Positions 56,547-64,000 of a stretch of DNA of 64,000 nt are shown piece by piece. Numbering within the stretch: position 1 is the first letter of the stretch; the number at the start of each line of letters is the position of its first letter. The position numbers were made by a program, and so were the translations under genes. Under the pieces are notes generated by a model, which saw nothing but the letters and a program-made list of their open reading frames with translations, ran no database searches and was not told the origin of the DNA. The stretch is from NCBI GenBank assembly GCA_965221925.1, contig OZ244924.1:328989-392988 (forward strand). Direction: 5' to 3'. The stretch is from Dehalococcoidia bacterium (lineage in GTDB: Bacteria; Chloroflexota; Dehalococcoidia; Lucifugimonadales; UBA2985).

Positions 56547-57410
56547 ATGGTGAACAGGAACGGAAGCAACAACGGACACAGCAACGGGACTGGCAACGGC
56601 CTCGTCCACACCAACGGCAACGGCAACGGGCACAAGCCCGACGCCGCAATCGTCAGCGAGCACGACCTGCTTTGGGACGGGCTGCCGCCCACCGTCACGG
56701 GCGCCCTGGGGCAGCCCCTCGACCCCGCGCTGGTCTCCCAGCGCAAGGGCCGCGCCGGGCGCACCTACGACTACCTGGAAGGCCACGTCGTCATCGCCCA
56801 GGCCAACCGGATATTCGGGTTCGGCGGATGGGGCTACGAGCTGGCGGGAGACGTGACCCTGCGCCAGTTCGAGAACGTCGATACGAGGACTGGAGAGGTG
56901 ACCACCACCTCCTTCTACAGCGCCCCGGTGCGGGTCACCGTCGCAGGTGCGCTGCCACGCACGGACATCGGGTTCAACGCCGTGGCCGAGGACAACGCAG
57001 ACGGCCACGAGACCGCCATCAAGGGCGCGGTCACGGACGGCATGAAGCGGGCGCTCAGGAGCTTCGGCGTCCAGTTCGGCAACGGCTTCTACGGAGACCA
57101 GCCGACGGAGGGGGCCGGAGGCCGCCGGACGGCTGCCAGACAGACGGGCAGGAACGGCGGCGGCGCCTCCCGCCCCCAGCGGGCTCCCGCCCAGGCAAAG
57201 GCGGCGTCCGGCCCCGACAACGTGCCAGCGCTGCGCAAGCAGCTCATCGAGATCGCCGTCGAGCAGGGCTTCGACGAGGACGGGGTGCGGACCGCCGTCA
57301 AGAACAAGACGGGCAAGGACCTGGACGCCCTGGACGCCTCGGAGCTGGCCCTGCTGGTGGAGGCCGCCGCCAAGAAGCTCCAGGAGACCCGGCAGGCGCA
57401 GGCGGCCTAG
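56547..57410 (+). CDS. Rad52/Rad22-family single-strand annealing protein
   Basis: ATG 56547 has a GAAGGAGA SD. YLEGHVVIAQANRIFGFGGWGYE...HETAIKGAVTDGMKRALRSFGVQFGNGFY is the Rad52-fold signature. Confidence 0.75.
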   Translation: MVNRNGSNNGHSNGTGNGLVHTNGNGNGHKPDAAIVSEHDLLWDGLPPTVTGALGQPLDPALVSQRKGRAGRTYDYLEGHVVIAQANRIFGFGGWGYELAGDVTLRQFENVDTRTGEVTTTSFYSAPVRVTVAGALPRTDIGFNAVAEDNADGHETAIKGAVTDGMKRALRSFGVQFGNGFYGDQPTEGAGGRRTAARQTGRNGGGASRPQRAPAQAKAASGPDNVPALRKQLIEIAVEQGFDEDGVRTAVKNKTGKDLDALDASELALLVEAAAKKLQETRQAQAA

Positions 57411-57502
57411 CCCGTCCTGACATTCGGGACACGGGAATCGAGCGGGGCCGTCCCTTCCGGGGCCGCCCCGTTCTCCATTTACAGGACAGGAGGACACGAC
57501 CG

Positions 57503-57835
57503 ATGACGACGATGCACACACCCTGGGGACCGCCCCAGGACATCGAGGAGCTGGCCGAGGGCGTCTGGCGGGTGTCCACCGCCAGCCACGGCGGGCTGAA
57601 GCTCAGCCGGGAGCGGTGGCACTCGCTGCCCGACTGCGTCCGGGACGCCATGTTCAACGCGACCTTCGCCGAGGAGGACTGCGAGGAACCCATCGTCAGG
57701 ACGCTCCTGGGTCTCGGCGACGACCGGGAACGGGAGGCGGTGCTCAGGACCGCCGAATACTTCGAGCGGTACGCCCCCGCGCTGTCCTATGTCCGGGGAA
57801 AGGAGGAGCGCCATGACCACGACCACGCGGCCTAG
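57503..57835 (+). CDS. hypothetical protein
   Basis: 110 aa with a CAGGAGGA SD. Its first codons (MTT) and upstream region are homologous to the region upstream of the triple-HTH gene in the left arm. Confidence 0.5.
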   Translation: MTTMHTPWGPPQDIEELAEGVWRVSTASHGGLKLSRERWHSLPDCVRDAMFNATFAEEDCEEPIVRTLLGLGDDREREAVLRTAEYFERYAPALSYVRGKEERHDHDHAA

Positions 57836-58208
57836 ACCCCGCAGCCTGCCCAGCACCACCACCAAGCTCACCACCGAGATGGGCAACCTCTACGTCACCG
57901 TCTCGACGGACCAGGACGGCGAGCCCTTCGAGGTCTTCGGCTGGCTGGGCAAGGGCGGCTCGTTCCAGCACGGGGTCACCGAGCTGGCCTGCCGCCTCAT
58001 CTCGCTGCACCTGCGGCGGGGCACCCCGGTCGAGGAAATCATCGACCAGTGCCGGGGCATCCAGGAGATGCAGCCCTTCTTCAACCGTCTGCCCGACGGC
58101 GGGAGCATGGCGGTGCTTGGCATCGGCGACGGCATCGCCCACGTGCTGAAGCAACACCTGAAGGCAAGGGAGGAGGCGCAGGAGGCCGAAGCAGCGAAGG
58201 CCGCCTGA
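57813..58208 (+). CDS. TSCPD-domain protein
   Basis: LYVTVSTDQDGEPFEVFGWLGKGGSFQHGVTELACRLISLHLRRGTPVEEIIDQCRGI resembles the TSCPD domain found at the C-terminus of class II ribonucleotide reductases. Confidence 0.6.
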   Translation: MTTTTRPRPRSLPSTTTKLTTEMGNLYVTVSTDQDGEPFEVFGWLGKGGSFQHGVTELACRLISLHLRRGTPVEEIIDQCRGIQEMQPFFNRLPDGGSMAVLGIGDGIAHVLKQHLKAREEAQEAEAAKAA

Positions 58209-58303
58209 AGGAGCACGGACAACGGACGCAGGGCGCAACGACGGGGCTGTCTCCACACGGGGGCGGCCCCGCTTCTCATTTACAGGAAGAAGGAGCAAAG
58301 GAC

Positions 58304-59371
58304 ATGACTACGAAGACGATGGACAGCAAGGCGGATGTCTACTCCCGCCCCAACGCCCGCTTCGACGGGGACGGGCAGCTTGAGATACGGGCATCGGCGG
58401 CGGGCAACTGCCGCCGCGCCCTCTGGTACGAGGCGACGGGCTACGAGGTCACCAACCCCAAGACCGAGGAGTCCCTGACGGTGCTGGAGGCCGGCAACGC
58501 CCTGGAGCCGGTGGTGGTGCGGGCGATGGAGCGGGCCGGCTGGGAGGTGACTCCCGCCGACCCCAAAGACCCCCAAGCGGTGTCGGTGCGGGTCGGCCCC
58601 AACATGGTGGTCACCGGCCACCCCGACGCCACAGGTGTCATGCCCCTGTTCGGCGGCGAGGCGGTCGTCGAGGTCAAGACCAGGGGGCCGGAGGCGTTCA
58701 AGCGCTGGCGAACCCTGGGCGCGGAGCGCAGCCACCCGGCGTCGGTGGCCCAGGCCGGCTTCTACACCCTGGGGACCTACGGGGAGCTGCGGGACGCGGT
58801 GATCGCCACGATGGACACCGGCAGCCGCCAGTGGGACTACGAGGTGATACCCGCCGAGCGGGTGGGACAGGCCCTGGAGCGGGCCTCCGAGTGGCTCGGA
58901 CAGCTGGGCGCCCACCTGGTCCAGAGCGGGCCGGACCCCGATGCCCTGCCGGAGCGGGACTTCTTCGCAGGCGACTGGCAGTGCAGATCCTGTCCCTTCC
59001 TGAACGTCTGCCTGCCGGGCGATACGGCGGAGGCCGAAGGGGAACCGGAACCCGCAGAGGACCCCGGGCCTGCGGAGCCGGTGACCGACGAGGAGGCGCG
59101 CAACGCGCTCCACGAGTACGAGGAGATCCAGGACACGATCCGGGAGTTCGAGGACGAGAAGCGGTGGGTGGTGGAGAGGCTCCGGGCCTGGCTGGGCCAG
59201 CAGGGAGTGGACAAGGCGAAGCTCCAGGGGCGGGAGAAGACCCGCTCCGTGGGCATGGTCAAGTCCCGCCGCTACTCGGTGGACTACCGCAAGCTCAACA
59301 ACCTGCTTGACCCGGCGACCCGCTCGGAGATCGTCACCGAGAACGTCTCCGAGTACCTGCGGGTCAGCTAG
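58304..59371 (+). CDS. PD-(D/E)XK exonuclease with Cas4-like cysteine pattern
   Basis: ATG 58304 has a GAAGGAG SD. One N-terminal Cys (AAGNCRRALW), a GHPDA...VVEVKT nuclease core, and a C-terminal CRSCPFLNVC (C-x2-C-x5-C). Confidence 0.65.
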   Translation: MTTKTMDSKADVYSRPNARFDGDGQLEIRASAAGNCRRALWYEATGYEVTNPKTEESLTVLEAGNALEPVVVRAMERAGWEVTPADPKDPQAVSVRVGPNMVVTGHPDATGVMPLFGGEAVVEVKTRGPEAFKRWRTLGAERSHPASVAQAGFYTLGTYGELRDAVIATMDTGSRQWDYEVIPAERVGQALERASEWLGQLGAHLVQSGPDPDALPERDFFAGDWQCRSCPFLNVCLPGDTAEAEGEPEPAEDPGPAEPVTDEEARNALHEYEEIQDTIREFEDEKRWVVERLRAWLGQQGVDKAKLQGREKTRSVGMVKSRRYSVDYRKLNNLLDPATRSEIVTENVSEYLRVS

Positions 59372-59485
59372 ACGCTCCCCAAGGGGCGCGCAACCACGGG
59401 GCCGCTTCCCTCTACCGGGGACGGCCCCGCTCTCATTCAACCGGGCGCGGCAATGACAGCGCCACACCATGCAGGAGGAACCGAA

Positions 59486-59878
59486 ATGGCACGCACCATC
59501 AACAAGGTAGAGCTTTTGGGCAGGGTCGGGACCGAGCCGGAGATGAAGTACACCCCGAACGGCACCGCCGTCGTTCAGCTGCGGCTGGCCACCGAGCGCC
59601 GCCGCCAGGACGGGGAGGTCGAGGCCGACTGGCACAACGTCGTCGCCTGGGGCAAGCAGGCCGAGGCGGTGAACGAGTACATCGGGAAGGGCGACCGCAT
59701 CTACGTCGCCGGACGACTGGTCCAGAACACCTGGGAGGGCGACGACGGGCAGCGACGCTACCGCACCGAGATTCACGCCTCCGAGGTCGTCTTCCTCGAC
59801 TCCCGGGGCGGCAACGGCGGGCAGGACAACGGCGACGCCTCGGACATCGAGCAGCCGGTCGCCGCCTCTCCCTTCTAG
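59486..59878 (+). CDS. ssb: single-stranded DNA-binding protein
   Basis: MARTINKVELLGRVGTEPEMKYTPNGTAVVQLRLAT...WHNVVAWGKQAE OB-fold signature, a Gly-rich linker and an acidic tail ending ...SPF. Confidence 0.85.
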   Translation: MARTINKVELLGRVGTEPEMKYTPNGTAVVQLRLATERRRQDGEVEADWHNVVAWGKQAEAVNEYIGKGDRIYVAGRLVQNTWEGDDGQRRYRTEIHASEVVFLDSRGGNGGQDNGDASDIEQPVAASPF

Positions 59879-59986
59879 TCCCACAACCGCAGACCGACGC
59901 CTTCCCAAAGGCGCACACGGGTCCGCTTCCCACCTACAGGGGGCGGCCCCGCTCCTGTTTCTAACCGACTGCGAAAGGAGGCCGAC

Positions 59987-60496
59987 ATGACCAGGAAGAA
60001 GACCCCCACCAAGGACGCCGCGCTGCTGGAGGCGCTGCGCAGCAACCTGCACCTGCTGGGCGAGATCGCCATGCGCTACGAGGTCGAGACCCAGCCGGAG
60101 CGCCCCACGGAAGACCTGCCCGCCATCAACTGCCCCGAAGACGTGCGGCTGCTGCTGGGACCGGAGATGGCCCCGCTCGCCCAGGAGCAACTTCGGGTGC
60201 TGCTGCTGAACACCAGGAACCAGGTGCTGGGGCAGCGGGTCATCTACCAAGGCAACGTCAACTCCTCAATGATCAGGCCCGCCGAGGTGCTGCGCCCCGC
60301 CGTCATCGAGGCCGTCCCCAGCATCATCATCAGCCACAACCACCCGTCGCACGACCCAACGCCCAGCCCGGAGGACGCGGCCATCACCAAAGACATCGCC
60401 GAGGCCGGGAAGCTGCTGGGCATCGAGTTGCTCGACCACGTCGTTATCGGCGGGGAGCGCTTTGTCAGCCTCAAGGAGCGAGGGCTCATGGCCTGA
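59987..60496 (+). CDS. radC: RadC-like JAB/MPN domain protein
   Basis: JAMM motif IIISHNHPSHDPTPSPEDAAIT and LLDHVVIG. Confidence 0.8.
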   Translation: MTRKKTPTKDAALLEALRSNLHLLGEIAMRYEVETQPERPTEDLPAINCPEDVRLLLGPEMAPLAQEQLRVLLLNTRNQVLGQRVIYQGNVNSSMIRPAEVLRPAVIEAVPSIIISHNHPSHDPTPSPEDAAITKDIAEAGKLLGIELLDHVVIGGERFVSLKERGLMA

Positions 60497-60571
60497 CGCT
60501 CAACGCCGTCCGGCGCGAACGCGGGGACCGCTCCCCGCGCATCCACGAAACGCACAATAAGGAGACATGAC

Positions 60572-61204
60572 ATGCTTGCGACCCACACCATAGACCCCGA
60601 AGAGCTCTTCACCATCACGGCGGGCGGCTTCTCGGCCACCGCCGACGCCTTCGCCCGCGACGACAACACCGACGGCCTCTGGTTCGTCTCGATGGTCGGC
60701 TCCCAGACCGCGCTCAAGGCGATATGGGCCTCGCTGCTCAAGCAGCCGCCGGACGTCGCCCACATCATCAAGGGAGCGGACGGCATGGCGCTCTCGGGCG
60801 GCTACCAGCGGTGCGTCGTCCCCTACGAGACCATCGGAACGTGGACGACCAAGATCGCCCGGCTGCCGGTCTCCGGCGGCTGGCACGCCCTGGTCTACAC
60901 CAAGACCGCCGAGTACGGCTTCGAGAAGGACAGCTTCCTGCTGCTGGCGCAGACCGAAGAGGAGGCCCCGACGCTACACCACCGCTTCCTCGACAAGCGC
61001 AGCCCGCTGCCCCTGCACGGCTCCTGGGCGGACTGGCTCTGGCGGCGGGGCCTCGACGAAGGGGAGATCGTCCCCCTCCAGTCCGTCGGCGTCTCCGCCT
61101 ACCGGTGCTCCCCCCAGGCCGCCAAGCTCCGCGAAGACCTCTCCGGCGCCGTGGCGTCGGGCTGGCTCACCCTGCCCAGGGAGAAGGATGAGAACGATGG
61201 ATAG
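60572..61204 (+). CDS. hypothetical protein
   Basis: 210 aa ORF with an AAGGAGA SD. No recognisable motif. Confidence 0.5.
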   Translation: MLATHTIDPEELFTITAGGFSATADAFARDDNTDGLWFVSMVGSQTALKAIWASLLKQPPDVAHIIKGADGMALSGGYQRCVVPYETIGTWTTKIARLPVSGGWHALVYTKTAEYGFEKDSFLLLAQTEEEAPTLHHRFLDKRSPLPLHGSWADWLWRRGLDEGEIVPLQSVGVSAYRCSPQAAKLREDLSGAVASGWLTLPREKDENDG

Positions 61205-61334
61205 GATGCTGAAAAGGGCAACCCGCAGGAACAAGCGGCGGGGCCAGCGCAACTCCGGGGCCTGGCAGCGCTTCTCCCCCGACGGGACGACCTGTAGGTA
61301 CTGCAAACACGACGGTGCGCCGCGTAACGCGGCA
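61197..61334 (+). CDS. 5' exon of a small basic, Cys-containing gene interrupted by the group II intron
   Basis: MDRMLKRATRRNKRRGQRNSGAWQRFSPDGTTCRYCKHD-, and the frame then runs into GTGCG at 61335. An HNH-like identity is only a guess. Confidence 0.35.
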
Positions 61335-61825
61335 TAGGATACCCGACTCAATCGGGAAGGACTCGGAGGAAGTTCTTGGGCCAACCGACCCACCTCGGAG
61401 CGAAAGCCTAGGGGGAAAACAGCATGTCGGTAAAGCGGCTACGGCCTGAAAGCGTTGTAGGGCCGGTTCCGCAAGGCCCGCGCGATACGGTGAAAGCTTG
61501 ATTGCCTGAACCCCAGTTCCCAGATGGTGTTATTGCCGCCCGCCGGTAGAACGCTTGTAACCCGGCGCCACTCATTGCACTGGCCGGTCGTCGTGACCGG
61601 TGCACCTCTGGTGAGTGGGCGATGACCGATGCGGTCATTCAAGGGAATGAACGGGGCACCTACAGTCGTGCTCGGACGTCCTATGTCAAACGGAACGCGG
61701 GATGGCCTACGGGGGGAGACCCCTATGGTCACGGAGCCCTCGTAGTAGTCCGAACCGGGGAAAGCCCGGCACATGGCGAAGGAGGGCAGGTGGTTTAGAC
61801 GGAATACGACAGGGAGGTACTCAGG

Positions 61826-63598
61826 ATGAGACCAGCCGAAACTGTACTGAACGTCATACGCGAACGCGGAGAACGAGGATTGCCGCTGGAGAACATCTAT
61901 CGGCTGCTGTACAACCGGGAACTCTACCTGCGGGCCTACGGTCGTCTCTACTCAAACCAGGGAGCGATGACCAAGGGAACCACCGCAGAGACCGTGGACG
62001 GTATGTCACTGGCGAAGATCGACCGCATCATCGAAGCCCTGCGCTACGAGCGGTTCCGGTGGACGCCGGTGCGACGGGTCAACATTCCCAAGCCTAACGG
62101 CAAGACCCGCGCCTTGGGCCTACCGACATGGACGGACAAACTGCTGCAAGAGGTCATCCGGATGCTTCTGGAAGCCTACTACGAGCCGCAGTTCTCCGAC
62201 CGCTCCCACGGCTTCCGGCCCGACCGGGGGTGCCACACCGCTTTGGGCGAGGTGGTCACTCACTGGACCGGTGTCCGCTGGTTCGTCGAGGGAGACATCA
62301 AGGGGTGCTTCGACAACATCGACCATGAGGTCATGCTGTCGGTGCTCGGAGAAAAGCTTCACGACAACCGTTTCCTCAACCTGCTCAAGTACCTACTGAA
62401 GGCGGGTTACTTGGAGGATTGGCACTATGGCCGCACCCTGAGCGGTACGCCGCAAGGCGGCGTGGTCAGCCCAATCCTCGCCAACGTCTACTTAGACCGG
62501 TTGGACAGATTCGTCGAAAGGGTGCTGATTCCAGCACATACCCGTGGCACAGCCCGAAGAGTCAACCGTCCGTGGAATGCGTTGAAGGGCCGAATGGCGT
62601 ACCAGAAGGAAAAGGGGAACTACACGCTGGCGGCGCAACTGCGCAAGCAGATGCAACAACTCCCGTCAGTCGATCCTCATGACCCTGGATTCCGCAGGCT
62701 CCGATACGTCCGATACGCAGACGACTTCGTGCTGGGATTTAGTGGGCCAAAAGCCGAAGCCGAGCAGATAAAAGAGTCCCTGAAGACGTTCCTGCGCGAT
62801 ACACTCAAGCTGGAGCTGTCCAGGGAAAAGACCCTCATAACCCATGCCACCAGCCAGGCGGCCAAGTTCCTCGGCTATGAACTCGTGAACCAGCAGGTCA
62901 ACGACAAGCTCGACCACACAGGTCGGCGCAGCGTCAATGGTCGTATCGGCTTACGAGTTCCCGCCAAAGTCATCGAGCAACACTGCCAAGCCTACATGAG
63001 CAACGGCAAACCGGCACACCGCAGCGTGCTGATACACGATGAGGACTATTCCATCGTGAGCAAGTATCAATCGGAGTTCCGGGGCGTCGTTCAGTACTAC
63101 CTGCTGGCCCAGAACGTCTCCCACTTCGGGAAATTGCAATGGGTCATGGGACAGTCGCTGACCAAAACCCTTGCGAGCAAGCACAAAACCACGACCCGGA
63201 AGGTGTTCCGGCGCTACCGGAGCACCGCACTAACCGAGCACGGGGAACGGGCTTGCCTCAAGGTCGAAGTCCAGCGGGGCAATGGGAAACGCCCACTGGT
63301 GGCACAGTTCGGTGGCATACCCCTGAAGCGGAACCGGCAGGCAGTTCTCGCCGACCAGAAGCCCCAGCGGTACAGGTTTGAACGCAACGAGCTTGTCAAA
63401 CGGCTCCTAGCGGACGAATGTGAGATGTGCGGCTCAACGGTGGATGTCGAAGTCCATCACATCCGCGCACTTCGCGACTTGAACGTGAAAGGCCAACGGG
63501 AGAAGCCCAAGTGGGTACAAATCATGGCGGCGCGAAAACGCAAGACCCTCGTGGTCTGCCGAACGTGTCACATGGACATCCACGCCGGGCGCAAGTAA
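61826..63598 (+). CDS. group II intron reverse transcriptase/maturase with C-terminal HNH endonuclease domain
   Basis: RT blocks (RVNIPKPNGKTRALGLPTWTDKLLQ, SHGFRPDRGCHTAL, RYADDFVLGF), a maturase X region and an HNH domain (CEMCGS...VHHIRAL...CRTCHMDIHAG). Confidence 0.9.
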   Translation: MRPAETVLNVIRERGERGLPLENIYRLLYNRELYLRAYGRLYSNQGAMTKGTTAETVDGMSLAKIDRIIEALRYERFRWTPVRRVNIPKPNGKTRALGLPTWTDKLLQEVIRMLLEAYYEPQFSDRSHGFRPDRGCHTALGEVVTHWTGVRWFVEGDIKGCFDNIDHEVMLSVLGEKLHDNRFLNLLKYLLKAGYLEDWHYGRTLSGTPQGGVVSPILANVYLDRLDRFVERVLIPAHTRGTARRVNRPWNALKGRMAYQKEKGNYTLAAQLRKQMQQLPSVDPHDPGFRRLRYVRYADDFVLGFSGPKAEAEQIKESLKTFLRDTLKLELSREKTLITHATSQAAKFLGYELVNQQVNDKLDHTGRRSVNGRIGLRVPAKVIEQHCQAYMSNGKPAHRSVLIHDEDYSIVSKYQSEFRGVVQYYLLAQNVSHFGKLQWVMGQSLTKTLASKHKTTTRKVFRRYRSTALTEHGERACLKVEVQRGNGKRPLVAQFGGIPLKRNRQAVLADQKPQRYRFERNELVKRLLADECEMCGSTVDVEVHHIRALRDLNVKGQREKPKWVQIMAARKRKTLVVCRTCHMDIHAGRK

Positions 63599-63735
63599 TC
63601 CGCGCAAGCAAAAGTAGGTAGTGCCCTCAGCATCGGCAGCCCCAAGCGGGCTGGCGCGTTCCCTCCCTGCCCCGGTACTGTGTTGTACGACCCAGCCGCG
63701 GTAATAAGGAGTGGACGCAAGAAAGGAGATGCAAC

Positions 63736-63891
63736 ATGAAACAACGACCGAACGCCCGCAGCATCGGAGCCGGAATCGCGCTCGGCATCGGGGTTGGCGT
63801 AGCCCTAGGCGTGACACAGGATAACATCGCTCTTGGCGTGGGAGTAGGAATCGCCTTGGGCGTCAGTGTCGCTTTGAGCCTGAAGCCATGA
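63736..63891 (+). CDS. 51-aa glycine-zipper-type small membrane peptide encoded inside the intron, downstream of the RT ORF
   Basis: AAAGGAG SD 7 nt before the ATG. MKQRPNARSIGAGIALGIGVGVALGVTQDNIALGVGVGIALGVSVALSLKP. Below the ORF-track length cutoff and found by hand. Confidence 0.4.
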   Translation: MKQRPNARSIGAGIALGIGVGVALGVTQDNIALGVGVGIALGVSVALSLKP

Positions 63892-63947
63892 CGACGCTAG
63901 GCAGTGGTGACACTGCCTAGACACTACCACTTTGTAAAGACACTGGA

Positions 63948-63981
63948 GAGCCGGATGCGGTGAAAGCCGCACGTCCGGTTC
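63948..63981 (+). ncRNA. group II intron domain V
   Basis: GAGCCGGATGCGGTGAAAGCCGCACGTCCGGTTC: AGC catalytic triad, a 2-nt bulge and a GAAA tetraloop. Matches the 34-nt domain V consensus architecture. Confidence 0.85.
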
Positions 63982-64000
63982 GGAAGGGGGCCGACGGAAA

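Larger units (their letters stand above)
17959..64000. mobile_element. ICE-like integrated element abutting tRNA-Val (right end beyond the window), carrying a nested second element
   Basis: A recombinase gene reads into the tRNA 3' end. T4SS-like, relaxase-like, primase and recombination modules follow. No core genes after 17958. Confidence 0.7.
61335..64000 (+). mobile_element. group II intron (3' end beyond the window)
   Basis: 5' GTGCGCC consensus at 61335, a GNRA-rich structured 5' region, an RT/maturase/HNH ORF in domain IV, and domain V at 63948-63981. Confidence 0.85.

Noticed and set aside
17959-64000. Search for cas genes, a tyrosine integrase, or a canonical HUH/MOB relaxase in the accessory region
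   Set aside because: None recognised among the ORF translations. Absence within this window does not exclude their presence elsewhere in the genome.

Overview
High-GC bacterial window. Gene content and the intergenic repeat families look Chloroflexota-like, but that is inference only. Nt 1-17,958 is conserved core: gatB 3' end, secG, a DUF62 SAM hydrolase, an FAD-linked oxidase, a minus-strand yacL-like/ispD/ispF/cysS operon, tRNA-Pro, a NucS-like nuclease, rpoB-rpoC and tRNA-Val. Everything from the 3' end of tRNA-Val to the window end (about 46 kb) is mobile DNA with a nested structure. (1) An ICE-like element abuts tRNA-Val. It carries a T4SS-like module, two replication-relaxation-like genes, a primase, a Rad52/Cas4-like exonuclease/SSB recombination module and a group II intron. 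Its own large serine recombinase gene is split and frameshifted, and its coupling-protein and VirB4-like genes are frameshifted. (2) An ~18.5 kb element (about 19117-37603) is inserted inside that recombinase gene. It has its own intact large serine recombinase at one end. Its cargo is a tightly coupled five-gene Dcm-linked cassette (GHKL/MORC-like ATPase, Z1 ATPase, PD-(D/E)XK protein, AIPR protein, C5-methyltransferase fused to an EndoIII/MutY-type glycosylase), VapBC, a triple-HTH protein and a YhcG nuclease. It also holds decayed copies of the ICE backbone in inverted orientation. The two backbones share near-identical non-coding blocks, iteron-like motifs and a duplicated regulatory region. 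That region contains a 3-repeat/2-spacer CRISPR-like mini-array with no cas genes in the window. All calls come from reading the sequence and ORF translations; no database search was run.
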